A DNA stretch of 49,663 bases, counting the filler, from Rhizocarpon geographicum (Eukaryota), in the NCBI GenBank assembly GCA_964257585.1. It is 2 parts of 2 records of this genome, joined end to end, with 100 filler letters (N's around TTAATTAATTAA, not from the genome) between each part and the next. Parts side by side here need not be neighbours in the genome. Positions count along the whole stretch, not along the records: positions 1 to 24,793 come from CAXVFU010000329.1; 1 more part is not named here. One strand, given 5' to 3'. Below the pieces are notes generated by a model, which searched no databases, was not told where the DNA came from, and worked only from the letters and a program-made list of their open reading frames with translations. Numbering within the stretch: position 1 is the first letter of the stretch; each line of letters starts with the position of its first letter. Both the position numbers and the translations under genes were made by a program. Positions 12,838 through 24,893 of this stretch are shown here, piece after piece.

Positions 12838-14393
12838 TTATCCGCTGCTTCCGGTGCTGACGCCCTGCGGTAGGTTTGGCGTGGGTTGTCCAGTAACATT
12901 TCGCTTTTTTTCTTTCTTCGCCCAGCGTACTGTATCGTACGTTAGTCCAAACCTCAAAACTACAAGTCGATAAGTCTAACATACATCCACAAGCGTTACA
13001 CAACGTCTTCGGCCCATTCGGACCTTTCCTCCATTCCGGCGAATCAAGGGTCCCGCAATCCGTGCAAACGTACTCATCAGCAACTTTTAGTTTCTTCTTC
13101 TTATCACCGCCTCGACCTTCTTTGTCGGCTGGGATGGCTATTCCAGCATCTCCTCTTATAAGCGCAGGACTTGGATCGCCGGTACTGATACCCTGGGAAC
13201 GCTCTCCGTCTCGGTAACGGAGACCTGTGAGCATTTCTATAGTTTCAATATGAGTGGCACCTTCATAGCGGGCCATTTTGTCATTCATGCTATCGGGTCT
13301 GGAGCTGGCATTGACCTCGTCGAGATTCTGTTGCGTGAGTGGAGTGTTGGAGGTATTGGGTTTGGCGGGTGGAGGCATGCCATTGTAATCGTGAGACTGG
13401 GCGGAGGTTATGGATGCAGAGCGTGGAGTCTCGCTTTCAGTACGATTCGTTTCGGATGGCGTGACGCTGCTGTGACCGTCTTGCTTCTTCTGCCAATGCC
13501 TTTGCTGTGCTTCATAGTCCTCTAGTTCTTCTCTGCGCAAATCGGCGATGCGTTTAATAAGACGTTCATTTTCAATTTTGTGCTCGAGGAAAGAGTCGAG
13601 GAGGTTGGCGTTTTTAGTAGGGTACGGGCGGGCCATCATGAAGAAACCTCTGCAAAATCCGGCGGCGTTGTTAGGGCCGAAGGCCGCCGCTTCAGATGTC
13701 AGGTGCGGATGGCCATGGGATTCGAAGATTGTGAAAGTATCGTCTGATTTGCGGAAGCGGTAGAAGAATCGGAGGGGGTTTCCAGACGAGATGGATTCAT
13801 TGAACTCGCGGACAAAGACTGCGCTGTCGTCTGGGTGGATAAAGTCAACGATAAACTTCCCAATTAGGTCTACCTGCTCGTAACCTGTAAGGTGATTGAC
13901 GGATGGGGAGACATATACGATCCTTCCATCCGGGGTTAGGATATGTAGGAAATCCTTGAGCTCCTCGAGTACTCTCTGCGACCAATTTCTTCGTTTTGTG
14001 AATTCCGTCAAGGTACTGTTGGCACTGACGTTGGCTACAACACCGAAACCTGTGGGTAATGGGCCAGCACCTGCACCGCTTATAGCCATGTTCATGTTTC
14101 CAGTTGCCTCATTGTTTTCTCCACCTCGTGGGCTATTCTGATCTTCCACCGAGTTGTAAACCTGTACATCTGGATCGTCAAGGCCGAGGTCCAAGTTCAT
14201 AGGAAGCATATCGACGTCCAAGCCATTCATCATGTCCCTCCCCTGGTCGAGCATGTCCGTCATTGAAGTCACAACGGGGCCCATCCCTCCCATCTATAAT
14301 AGCGGTTAGGAAAGGACTTTTGATAGCATTGAGTAGACTCACGGTCGTCATGTTCGGAGGCACTCCATGCTGTCCGTTTCTGTACATAGTCAT
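12838..14393 (-). CDS. wc-2: White collar-2 / LreB (PAS domain plus GATA zinc finger)
   Basis: It has [16 protein letters not shown], a PAS domain (IVYVSPS..FIHPDD) and [32 protein letters not shown]. Introns are 14342-14294 and 12984-12930. Confidence 0.96.
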
Positions 14394-14617
14394 GATGCAG
14401 GTTGGGGCCAGACATTGGCACTACTCTTCTCAGCGCATCGGTTGCGCAGTTCTTCAATAGACAAATGTTGTTCGGGGTTTGCTCCCGTGACTTGGTGGGG
14501 TGGTTTCGCGTCTCGCTTCAACGCGAAGCGCCCCTCTAGAGCACGAGAGCACATAGATAGTTATGACCAAGGTCTTTGCTTCGATTTCTCATCTCTCCTC
14601 CTTCATAGCAGGACGAA
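14394..14617. promoter_or_regulatory. Bidirectional promoter wc-2/RAD50 with MCB-like ACGCGA sites
   Basis: The divergent start codons are about 224 bp apart. TTTCGCGT lies at 14504-14511 and ACGCGAA at 14521-14527. Confidence 0.6.
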
Positions 14618-17600
14618 ATGCGAGTAATGAATCTTGCGGATCGCTACCAGGTGAATGCTGATACTTGTTTAGGTGTATGTAGTCCGAACGGTCATGACTC
14701 TTCCAGAAAAGATCTCTTCTAATCCTATCAGCGAAAATTGACAAGCTCAGCATCTTAGGGTGAGTTCAAGTCCACCAAACTAGATTCGGCCGACTGAGAT
14801 GGAACTTTAGTGTTCGATCATTTGGCAATGCCCATCCCGAAAATATCCAATTTCACACTCCCCTGACGCTCATAGTTGGATACAATGGCTCTGGAAAAAC
14901 GGTAGGCAAGGCAAAAACTCAAAACTGCTTGTGTCTTCTGACTTGATACATAGACAATCATCGAGTGTCTCAAATATGCCACTACCGGAGACTTGCCACC
15001 TAACAGCAAAGGAGGTGCCTTCATTCATGATCCAAAGGTAGGGGCGCGTTCTTACGGTTCAAGATACCTGCTGATCTTGTTTTCAAACAGTTGTGTGGTG
15101 AAAAAGAAGTCCTGGCCCAGGTCAGGCTGCAATTTAAGAGCACGTCCGGAGCCAAGATGGTTGTAACCCGAAATATCCAGCTCACAGTCAAGAAAACTAC
15201 GAGACAGCAGAAAACACTTGAAGGACAACTACTGATGATCAAAGATGGGGAGCGTACAGCTATATCATCACGAGTGGCAGAGCTAGACCAAATTCTGCCG
15301 CAGTATCTGGGTGTATCCAAGGCTATACTCGACTCTGTCATATTCTGCCATCAGGATGAAAGTCTCTGGCCAATGAGCGAGCCTTCCGCCCTCAAAAAGC
15401 GATTTGACGAGATCTTCGAAGCGCTTAAGTACACCAAAGCTATCGATAACATCAAGGCCCTGCGGAAGAAGCAAAATGAAGATTTGGGGAAATATAAGAT
15501 CATGGAACAGCATGCCAAAGAAGACAAAGATAAGGGTGAACGGGTGGGTATCGCAAGGGATTTGTAGTGGTAGCGATGCTGAGTGAAACATAGGCCGAAA
15601 GGAGATCCAACGAATTAGCAGCAGATATTGAAGTCTTACGGGCAGAAACAAAGAATCTTCAGGTGCAGACCAGAGAATCAGAGGAGAAGGCACAGGAAGC
15701 GTTTGACCACGCCGCCAAATACAAGGAAATAGTCGCATTGCTAGAGGTGAAGCGCAAAGAGCAAGATATTTACCAAAAGAACATGCGTGATTTGAAACAA
15801 GGTTTGAAAGAGCGGAAAGAGTCAGATGATTGGCTGGAGAATGAGCTCGATCAATACGAGGAGCGAATGGCTATTCATGAAGAACGCCAAAAGCAACAGA
15901 GTGAACAATACTCAGCTCTTCAGGCTGAGATCGAGCAAGCGCGACAACAGCAACGGTCCAAAGATATTGAGGCCGGAAAATACGAGGAACAAAAAACCAA
16001 CCATGAACAGCAAATTAAGAGACGCAGCCTTCTGATCAAGGAGACTGCACGCCGTCACAATATTCGAGGTTTCGAAACTGATCTCGACGATTTGCAAATT
16101 AGAGAGTACCTTGAACGGATCACGAAGCTTTGCAAAGACCAAAATGCCCACGTAGAGCGTGCCCGTCGTGAGACTGATAAAGAGGTTCAGAAAGCGCAAG
16201 AGATGTTGAGTAATCTTGGTGAGCGGAGGTCCGCGCTTAACGATCGTAAGAATTCTACGAGACAGCAGATGACGTCGAATGATCAGAAGCTTGCATTGGC
16301 CCAATCAGAACTCAGCAAAATTGAGATAGACGAAGGTGGAAAGGCTTTGCTGGAGTCAAACATAGAAGATGTTGAAGGGCGATTAAAAAAGGCAAGAGAC
16401 GAGCTGACGGCGGGAGGGCTGGACACCAAAATACAAGAAGGAAATGGTCAGTTGAGATCGTTTGAAGATGAGAGCGAGCAATTGAACCGCGAGCTAGTAC
16501 AAGGCACCAAACAAGCTGGCGACCTTGCTAGATTAGATCATCTGAAGAGAGAGTCGAAAGATCGTAGGCGGGGTCTTGACACTCTGAATGGAGCTCATAG
16601 TGAGCGGTTACGCAAAGTCATCGGATCTCATTGGCAAGCTCCTACGCTTGAAGTAGAGTACCAGAAGGTCCTCGATGCAAGACGAAGTCGGGTACAAGAC
16701 GCAGAACGCCAACGAGATGGAGCCACGAGGGAACTTGATCAGGCCAACGAAAAACTTAATAAGATTCGTAGCGATCTCAGAAAGGGTGAAAAGGAGCTTG
16801 ACAATTGTGCACAAAAGATAAGAGAAGCTACGTACGGAGAACCGGACGAGTATCTCGAAGACATCGCGAACTATCACAGGAACCGTGATGAGAAGAGGAC
16901 AGAAGTCGATCAGTGGGCTGTTTACAGAGACTACTACACCGGAAGTATCGAAGTCGCGAAGAAGAACGACTGCTGTCGACTATGTACCCGTAGATTCCGT
17001 GCTGAGGGAGAGCGAGCTGCCTTCCTTGAAAGACTCGAAACGCAGATCACCAAAGCTAGCTTAGAGGTGGCGCAAAAGGAGCTGAAAGATATTGAGAAAG
17101 AGCTTAAGACTGCTCAGGATGCGGGACAGTATCATGACACATGGTTGCGGCTTAAAGATGTTGAAATACCAAGATTACGTGCCGAACTGAAGCTCTGTGA
17201 GAAGCAACAAGGGGATCTAATTACGGACGTTGAAGAGCATGACAAGCTAGTGTCTGACTACGAAGAATCCAAGATTGATGTAGAGGCACTCGCTAAGCCA
17301 GTCGCAAATATCGCTAAATACAGCCAAGATGTTATTAGTTTTCAGAACCAGATTCAAGAACTTACCACGCTTCAAAAAGATTCTGGGATGTCACGAACGC
17401 TAGAGGACATTCAAGAGCAGCTGGAGTCGACCAGCACCAAGGCGCGAATCCTTAGAGGCCATATTGGCAAGATGACGGCTGACAAAGAGCGTATCCGTGG
17501 GCAGATCAGCGCTTTAGAACTAGACTTGAGTAAGGCGAAGAATAATTTGATGACGGCCAACTATCAGCTCGAAAAGAGAGGCAACGTCTTTCGCCAGATT

Positions 17601-18939
17601 GAAGATCTGAAGAAGCTAAATCATGACCATCGATCCATGATGAAGCAACTGGACGGTCAGATACAGGAGTTAGCGCCGAAGATTGCGGAGGAAGAGGCGA
17701 AGTTGGACGATATTAGGCAACGTGGCTCAAGTAAGGAGAGGGAACTGCAACAAGAAGCTACCAAGTTATCGGATAGCGTCCATAAACTTGAATTGGGGAA
17801 CCAAGATATACGAGCGTACATCGACGGCGGAGGCCCAGCCAACCTTGCTCGATGTAGACGAGAAATACAAAATGCTCAAGAAACGATAGCACGACTTGAA
17901 GTCGAGCAGAGACAGGTCACAGTTGAAATCAATAAAATTCGTGAAGAACTCAGGAACCATGATCAAACCAAGCGTATCATAATAGATAACCTCAAATTCC
18001 GTCGAGCCCTACGGGATCTGGAAGAGGTCAAGTCTAAGATCGCTGAGCTTAGTGGCCAGAACGCCGAAGCCGACTTGAGGCATTACTGGGACGAAGGCAA
18101 TCGATGGCAGCAGCGTCACAAGATGCTTCATTCCGAAGAGACAAGCAAGATGGCTACCATGAAGGCCAAGGACGACCAGCTCGCGCAGTTATTGAAAGAT
18201 TGGGAGACAGATTACAAGGGTGCCGCATTCAAATTTAAGGAATCTCATATTAGGGTTGAGGTAATTGAAACTGTCCCAACGTTGCTACGGCTCGCTAATA
18301 AGTCAAAGACAACCAAGGCTGCGGTAGAGGATCTGGGCCGGTATGGAAGTGCTCTTGATAAGTAAGTCTTTGCTAATATCTAGTCCTGCCCCGAGCTCAC
18401 TAATCTCCAGGGCCATTATGAAATACCACAGCATCAAGATGGATGAAATTAACCGGCTAATAGAGGAACTGTGGAGGAAGACGTATCAAGGCACTGATGT
18501 CGACACGATCTTGATCCGCTCTGATAACGAAACGGGAAAAGGCAACCGATCATATAACTACCGGGTGTGCATGGTCAAACAAGACGCCGAGATGGACATG
18601 CGAGGGCGTTGTAGTGCCGGACAGAAGGTGCTTGCCTGCATCATCATCCGTTTAGCCCTGGCCGAATGCTTTGGCACGAATTGTGGTCTCATCGCTTTGG
18701 ACGAACCCACGACGAACCTCGATCGAGATAACATCCGATCACTTGCCGAATCCCTTCACGACATCATCCGACAGCGCCAGCAACAGTCGAATTTCCAGCT
18801 TATTGTCATTACCCACGACGAGGAGTTTTTGAGGTATATGAAGTGTGCAGACTTTTGCGATCAATACTACCGCGTCTCGAGGAACGACGGACAGAAATCG
18901 ATTATCCAACGGCAATCGATTGCTGAGGTCATGGCTTAG
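14618..18939 (+). CDS. RAD50: DNA repair protein Rad50 (MRN/MRX complex)
   Basis: It has Walker [16 protein letters not shown], a long coiled coil with zinc hook CRLC, signature CSAGQ and Walker [10 protein letters not shown]. Introns are 14620-14672 (GC-AG, inferred), 14675-14731, 14760-14810, 14902-14953, 15038-15090, 15544-15593, 18261-18308 and 18362-18410. Confidence 0.96.
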
Positions 18940-20058
18940 GCTTTGATTTGCATGTTGAATTCCGACTTTAGGGGATAGCTATGGTTTGATATATCTCGAA
19001 AAATAGCATCAGTGGCTGTAACATTAGTCAGTCTTGACCTGTAAACAGATAGGTCGGTAGATTCGCAGCTACATCAGCTCGGAGGGATACAGGCACGATT
19101 ATCGCATGGCAGGGAGGATCGATTATTTAGCCTGGAGAGCTGAAATCTTAATTGACTCCAATTACTATGATGATAATGAGTAAGCTTCCACTACTTCTAC
19201 TCGGTTCGGAATAGGCGAGGTGTTACATAAAGCTTAATTTAACGCCATGTTTCACCTAGCGTGCCTAGCCAGCCACCCAGCAACACCAGCTTTGACCTCC
19301 TCGACACTCTCGTCGAATTGCTGTCGCCCTTTCTTGCAGCAGTCAATGCTAATCTGCTAGGTGTATACTCCGTAGCGGATCTGTATTGCCAATGAAAAGC
19401 ATAGGTTGGCTAGCAGGTAATAGCCTTCATGATCGTCTCTATATCTGTGATGATGATTCCAACGATATGGGTAATTAAGACCTATTGCAATTTCTTAGCC
19501 GCACGTCAAAGTGCTATGCCTCAGCCTACCTAAAGTAGCTCTAAAATCTGACCACTATGGACGGGTCCCCACTCCCTAGGCTCTTGGGTGATCTTCAAGG
19601 CCTTGAGGCAAGGCCACGAGGCTCGGCCTGTTGGATGGAATTGCTCTTTCGTCATTCCCGTTACAGGTGCCGCTGCGCACCTCGGACGTGTTTGTCAATT
19701 GCAATTTTCCTTTCTCTCCTTCTGACAATACGCTCTTTTCGCGAAGTAGGATCACGCTGTCATAGAGAGTTAACCATATCGATGCGTCGACTATGTTTAC
19801 CATGTTTTGTCATGCGCTTGTAACACTCATTCTCTTTGCGCCACCGAAACGGAGGCTTGTGACTGGTAAGCATCAGATCATGCTTACTTCATATATTTAA
19901 CGCGCACGCCCCCTGATGGGAATTGCCTTAATAATAGTTCGCTGTTTGCCATGGAAACTTTCTCCTTGCCGTGCTCTTTTGTGCGAGATAATGTTTTCTC
20001 TTTGACATAACCAAGACGTCTGGTGGCAAGTCAAGTAACTTCAGCTAATTGAGCTGCA

Positions 20059-23000
20059 GCCATCTTTGTTTCTGGGTCTTTGCATTGCGACTATATTGGT
20101 CAGCCGGCTTCGGAATGCCTGATAAACTCGCAGACGTCGACAATCTTCAACCTCTCGGGTAGCGCCCTACCTACCTTATTCAGTGTCGTCTCAGCTTCCC
20201 CCTCGAGCACGACCCCTTTGTATACCAATACCACGATCTCTTCAGCCCCTATTTACAATCACACGACCCAACATGGAAGTCCCTCATTAGTGACGAACAT
20301 ACCTTCCTCTATAACGTCCGCTCCGAGCGCAGATAGCATTAGCATGTGGTATTCTATGGAAAATGGAACCTGGCCCACATTTTCGTGTCCCGAAACTTCA
20401 GAAAATCTGGCCACCGATTCCCACTATTACAACGCACTGTGCTGTGGAAACTATGAGGCCAACTTCAAGGCAGCGCATTCTATCATAGCCAACGTGACCA
20501 CTTCAACTTGTTTAGTAGCCTTTGAGCGTGTTGGTCAACCAACCGACTGTTTCACCCAGGTTAAGCCTTCCTTCGCAACATCCTTCATAACTCCATCTCA
20601 GTGCTGGGACAACTGTACTGTTAACATTGGCTATGTAGTACGTCCATCGCCTTATGTATCCATTTTCTATCGTAGGCTATGCTAATACTTATGAAGAGAC
20701 TTGCATATTGGCCTACCCCGAGAGCCACCCCTATTGTGAATTCGACGTTTATAGCGAGCTGCACTATCAATGATGCCCCAAATCATTTCAGTCCTGACGA
20801 CTTCAATAAGACAAAGCAATCACTCTCGAGCGCGCTGTGGAGTCAGACGTATCAGTCTTTGCAAAATCTCTTGACAAACCCGAGTCAATTTCCGACTGGG
20901 GATCTTCCTTCCACACTCGTTTCCGATGGCTTCACTTAGTATGAATTTTCGAATACAGTACTAAGTGCTCATGGTTCTTAACTGACTGAGTAATACAGTA
21001 CCTCTCCTTCAGTATACCTAATGTTTACCTCAATACAAGCGGGCAGATTTGGATTGGGAGCCGCTTTCCAGAATACCGGAATTATAATCCAGAACACGAC
21101 AGTTGCTTACCCTTCAAACGCTATATCAACATACAATGATTGTGGGCCTAATCCGAGAGCGCTTGATTACGAAGATTTGAACTTTCCTGTACCTTACAGC
21201 GTTTTGTGGAAGTTAGTTGAACCCCCAATTCCCACAAAGTCAATGTTTCCAAGTTGACATACGACCAGGAACTGTCAAGACATCGGTGGTAATAGTGCAA
21301 GGCCGTGTACGAACCCAGCCTCTCCTGCCAATGGTGCCCAAATAAACCCACGAATTCCCATCCCTAGTGATTTTGGGAATCTTGATCCAGCATGGAGTAC
21401 ATGCGTAATCAATTCTTTTGGAGCTTTCGATCCACCAATAGCGCTTGTTCGAGTACCAAATCTCATATCTACTACAAGTAGTCCAGCTGACCCAGGTAAA
21501 ACGACCATCGATTCGGGAAAGGGTCCACCTCCGACACCGCTTGGAACGCTAGTATCTCCCACACCTTCAGCAACAGGCACTGTATCAGAACACAGCCCGA
21601 TCCCATCATCTGTCACTTTAGCAAACGATCCTCAACAAACACCTCAAAGCAATTCCCAGCAGTCGAACGGAGTTATCCAGAGTGTCATCTCCAACGCATT
21701 TCATACTAGCGCCATTCCCAGCAAAACACTGGATCCTGCTCCGCAGCCCACGATTTTCTCCGAGAATATCCAAAGCCTAGGAAGCGCCTTTGCGACCTCT
21801 TTACAAGCCCAGGCGCCTCCCAACGTTGTGAGCTCTCCAGCATCGGATCCGAATAGCAGTCAATATATAGGAACCCAATCACAAAGTAATCCGCAGCAAA
21901 ATACGGCTAAGTCCTCGAACGACCCAAGCACGACAGGTTCGACGACTCAGACGCCACTTGCCATTATCGGCACCCAAACATTAACTACTTTGCCCGGGGA
22001 AGGAATTGGAATTGGATCAGTTACAATCAAACCCGGAGATGCACCCATCACTGTGAACAATATCCCAATCGCTATGAGCTCATCGGCAGTATTTGTTGGG
22101 GGTAGCAGCATTGCCTTACCGTTGGTCACTACTGTCACGGTGTCCCCCGTGCCGTTACCATCTATCAATGGGCAAGGAATCCAAGCTGCGTCAAAGGGAG
22201 GCGTGGTCGTAGCAGGAGCTACCCTTGCCCAAGGTGCTAATACAGTGGTGGACAGCACGCCTATCTCGGTTGGTGCAAGCATAGTAATCTTAGGAAGCTC
22301 TACCTTTCAAATATCTTCCATGGGAGTATCTACGCCAGCTCCATTACCACCTATAGGTGGGCAGCAGATCCAGTCCAACGGGAACGGAGGACTTGTTATC
22401 TCAGGTTCAAATATAGATCCTGGCCAGAAAGTGACTATACATGGGACTTCCGTTTTGGTCGGGTCTAGCTGTATCGTTGTTGGTAATTCTGTTTATGCGC
22501 TTCCCGGCACAATAGGCAACACAATACCGTTACCTTCGATTGGCGGCCAGAAGGTTCAAGCCTTGGACAATGGGGTAATTGGGATTCGAATATCAACGAT
22601 AACGCTTGGCCAGCAGGCTACAATATCCGGAATACCAGTAGCTGTAGGACCGGTTAATGTTGTAACAGGGACCTCCACAATTCCATTAGCGCAAGCGGGG
22701 GCCAGCCCAGTCAGTCTGCCGTCGGTTGGTGGTCAAGCTCTGACAATGGGAACTGAAGGCGGTATTGTCGTGGTGGGAAGTACTCTAGCTCCAGGGCAAC
22801 AAGCCACGATATTAGGAACACCTATCTCTGTCGGGACAGGAAATATTGTCATCGGCAGCTCTACCATTTCGCTGCCACGCAAAGACAGCTCTGTTACATT
22901 GCCATCAGTTGGAGGGCAATCGCTGATACCAGTATCTAACGGCGGCGTGGCTATCTTCGGGACTACCCTTGTTCAAGGGCAAGCAACAACGATATCTGGA

Positions 23001-24098
23001 ACACCAGTATCTATCGGAACAAGCAGCATAGTTATCGGCAGCAGCACCTTCGCGATTCCCACCCAAGGCAGCCCAAACATTCTTCCATCAGTTGGAGGTC
23101 AAGCGCTGACTATGGCATCGAACGGCGGCCTTGTTTTTGGTGCTACTACACTCTCTCCAGGTCAACAAATAACATTCTCTGGTACGCCCGTTTCCATCGG
23201 TACAGGCAATGTTGTCATAGGCTCAAAGACATTTCCATTATCCCTAACCCCTTCACCACAAATCCCGGGCCTTGTCTTCGCTGGTCAAACCCTACATCAA
23301 GGATCAGTTATCTTCCTTGCAGGAACCCCAGTATCTTATGGTGCCTCGGACCTTGTAATCGGCACCTATACGATCCCCATTCCCTCGTCAGCCATTCAGT
23401 CAGTCTTCACGGTCGCAGACCAAGTATTCACCGGGAATCCTACAGCTTTCTCTGTCGCAGGTATCACCGTATCCAAAAACGGTCCTGGTATCACGTTAAG
23501 CGGTACCCCAGTATCCTTTGGACCCGCTGGTATAATTATCGGGTCAAGCAAAGAACAACTGGCGCTACCATCCGTGTTCACAATTGCAGGCCAAACCTTC
23601 ACCGCCAACCCCACTGCTTTCTCCATCGCAGGCACAACAATATCAGATGGCGGGCCCGGCATCACGCTTGGTGGAACACCTATCTCCCTTGCGCCAAATG
23701 AACTGATCATCGGCACCAGCACGCAAGAATTAGCCTTCCAATCAGTTTTCATAATCGGTGGACAAACATATACTGCAAGCTTGGAACCAGGAACCACGAC
23801 CCAGCCTAGCCCAGGCATAGGCGGCTTGATTTGGTCTGCTTTCAACCCTAGTGGCGCTGGTCAGGTAGGTGTATTGAATACGACGACTATGACGGCTAGT
23901 GGATCCCTCGGTGGATTCGGGTCTGGGACGATGGTGTCAACTGCACCTCCCATAGGAAGTAAGGGTTCAGGCAGCATGTCTGGTTCGATACGTTCTACGG
24001 CTTCGGCACAGACAGGTGCGGCCTTGAATTTACGGATCAGCTGGTTTATGCCTTGGTTTGTGGTGATATGCATTGGATTTTGCATCCTTGCGGGCTAG
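20059..24098 (+). CDS. Ser/Thr/Gly-rich repeat cell-surface protein with Cys-rich N-terminal domain and GPI-like tail; 5' end unresolved
   Basis: Introns 20638-20696, 20939-20998 and 21212-21268 join one frame (CWDNCTV..YWP, TSPSVY, LDPAWSTC..FDPPIAL). This continues into the 756-aa repeat ORF, which ends TGAA plus a hydrophobic tail. The first exon and signal peptide were not located. Confidence 0.75.
22150..23780 (+). repeat. Coding tandem repeats: 6 units of about 62 aa (LPS.GGQ...GTPVS.G..IVIGSST) plus 2-3 units of about 57 aa (SVFT.AGQ.FT.NPTAFS)
   Basis: Visible in the translation of ORF 21828-24098. Confidence 0.85.
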
Positions 24099-24793
24099 AG
24101 ATGAGTTGAGTTGTACGAGGCATTGCTCACATGCGACTGTTCGCACCAAAGAAACACAAGATGAAGTCAAGATACCTACGTTCATGTTTGCCCCCTCCTG
24201 TCCATCCACGACAATCACACAGAACCAGATAGCGATGGCGTCCCGAACCATTTGTGTATGTTGCACTTGAAACCATCCACGCGTCCTGGTGTAGATGAAT
24301 GTGGATGACGAATAGTGGTGCTGAATATCAGTCGACAAGCTGGAGCACTTGGACAGAGAGATGATACCCTCATCAATTTCCCTTCGGGTACCAGCAATCC
24401 CATGACCTCAGGGATGGTCCAAGTGAGCTCAGGTAAATTCAACAAATCGAGGCGATGCTGGACGGAAAAGACGCTACGAACGGCTTGTCGGACGAAGTAG
24501 ACGGATGCAACCGAGAACACTGGTTAAGATCGTGGGCGGAGAGGTGAATGGGTATATTTGTACTATGTAGTATATATAAGAGCGGTGTACATCCAAAGTT
24601 TCTTAAGTCATATTAATGATGAGAATGTATTTAGTCTATCTATTGTGATAACTCATTATCTATAGATTCAGCACTCTTTTCACATTAGATTTAGTATTTA
24701 TAGGTAGTGAGTTCGACCCTCAAGTCCTCTTTCCTATTCTCTATCCACACATAAAGATTTCTAATTCCCAAAAAAATCACTACGATACACTTC

Positions 24794-24893
24794 NNNNNNN
24801 NNNNNNNNNNNNNNNNNNNNNNNNNNNNNNNNNNNNNTTAATTAATTAANNNNNNNNNNNNNNNNNNNNNNNNNNNNNNNNNNNNNNNNNNNN
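24794..24893. other. Assembly gap spacer (44 N + TTAATTAATTAA + 44 N)
   Basis: An exactly 100-nt symmetric spacer whose central 12-mer gives stops in all six frames. It is artificial. Confidence 0.97.

Noticed and set aside
24838..24849. Palindromic TTAATTAATTAA between N runs
   Set aside because: It is an artificial six-frame-stop scaffold linker. It also means adjacency across the gap is unverified and the DRS1 truncation is not biological.
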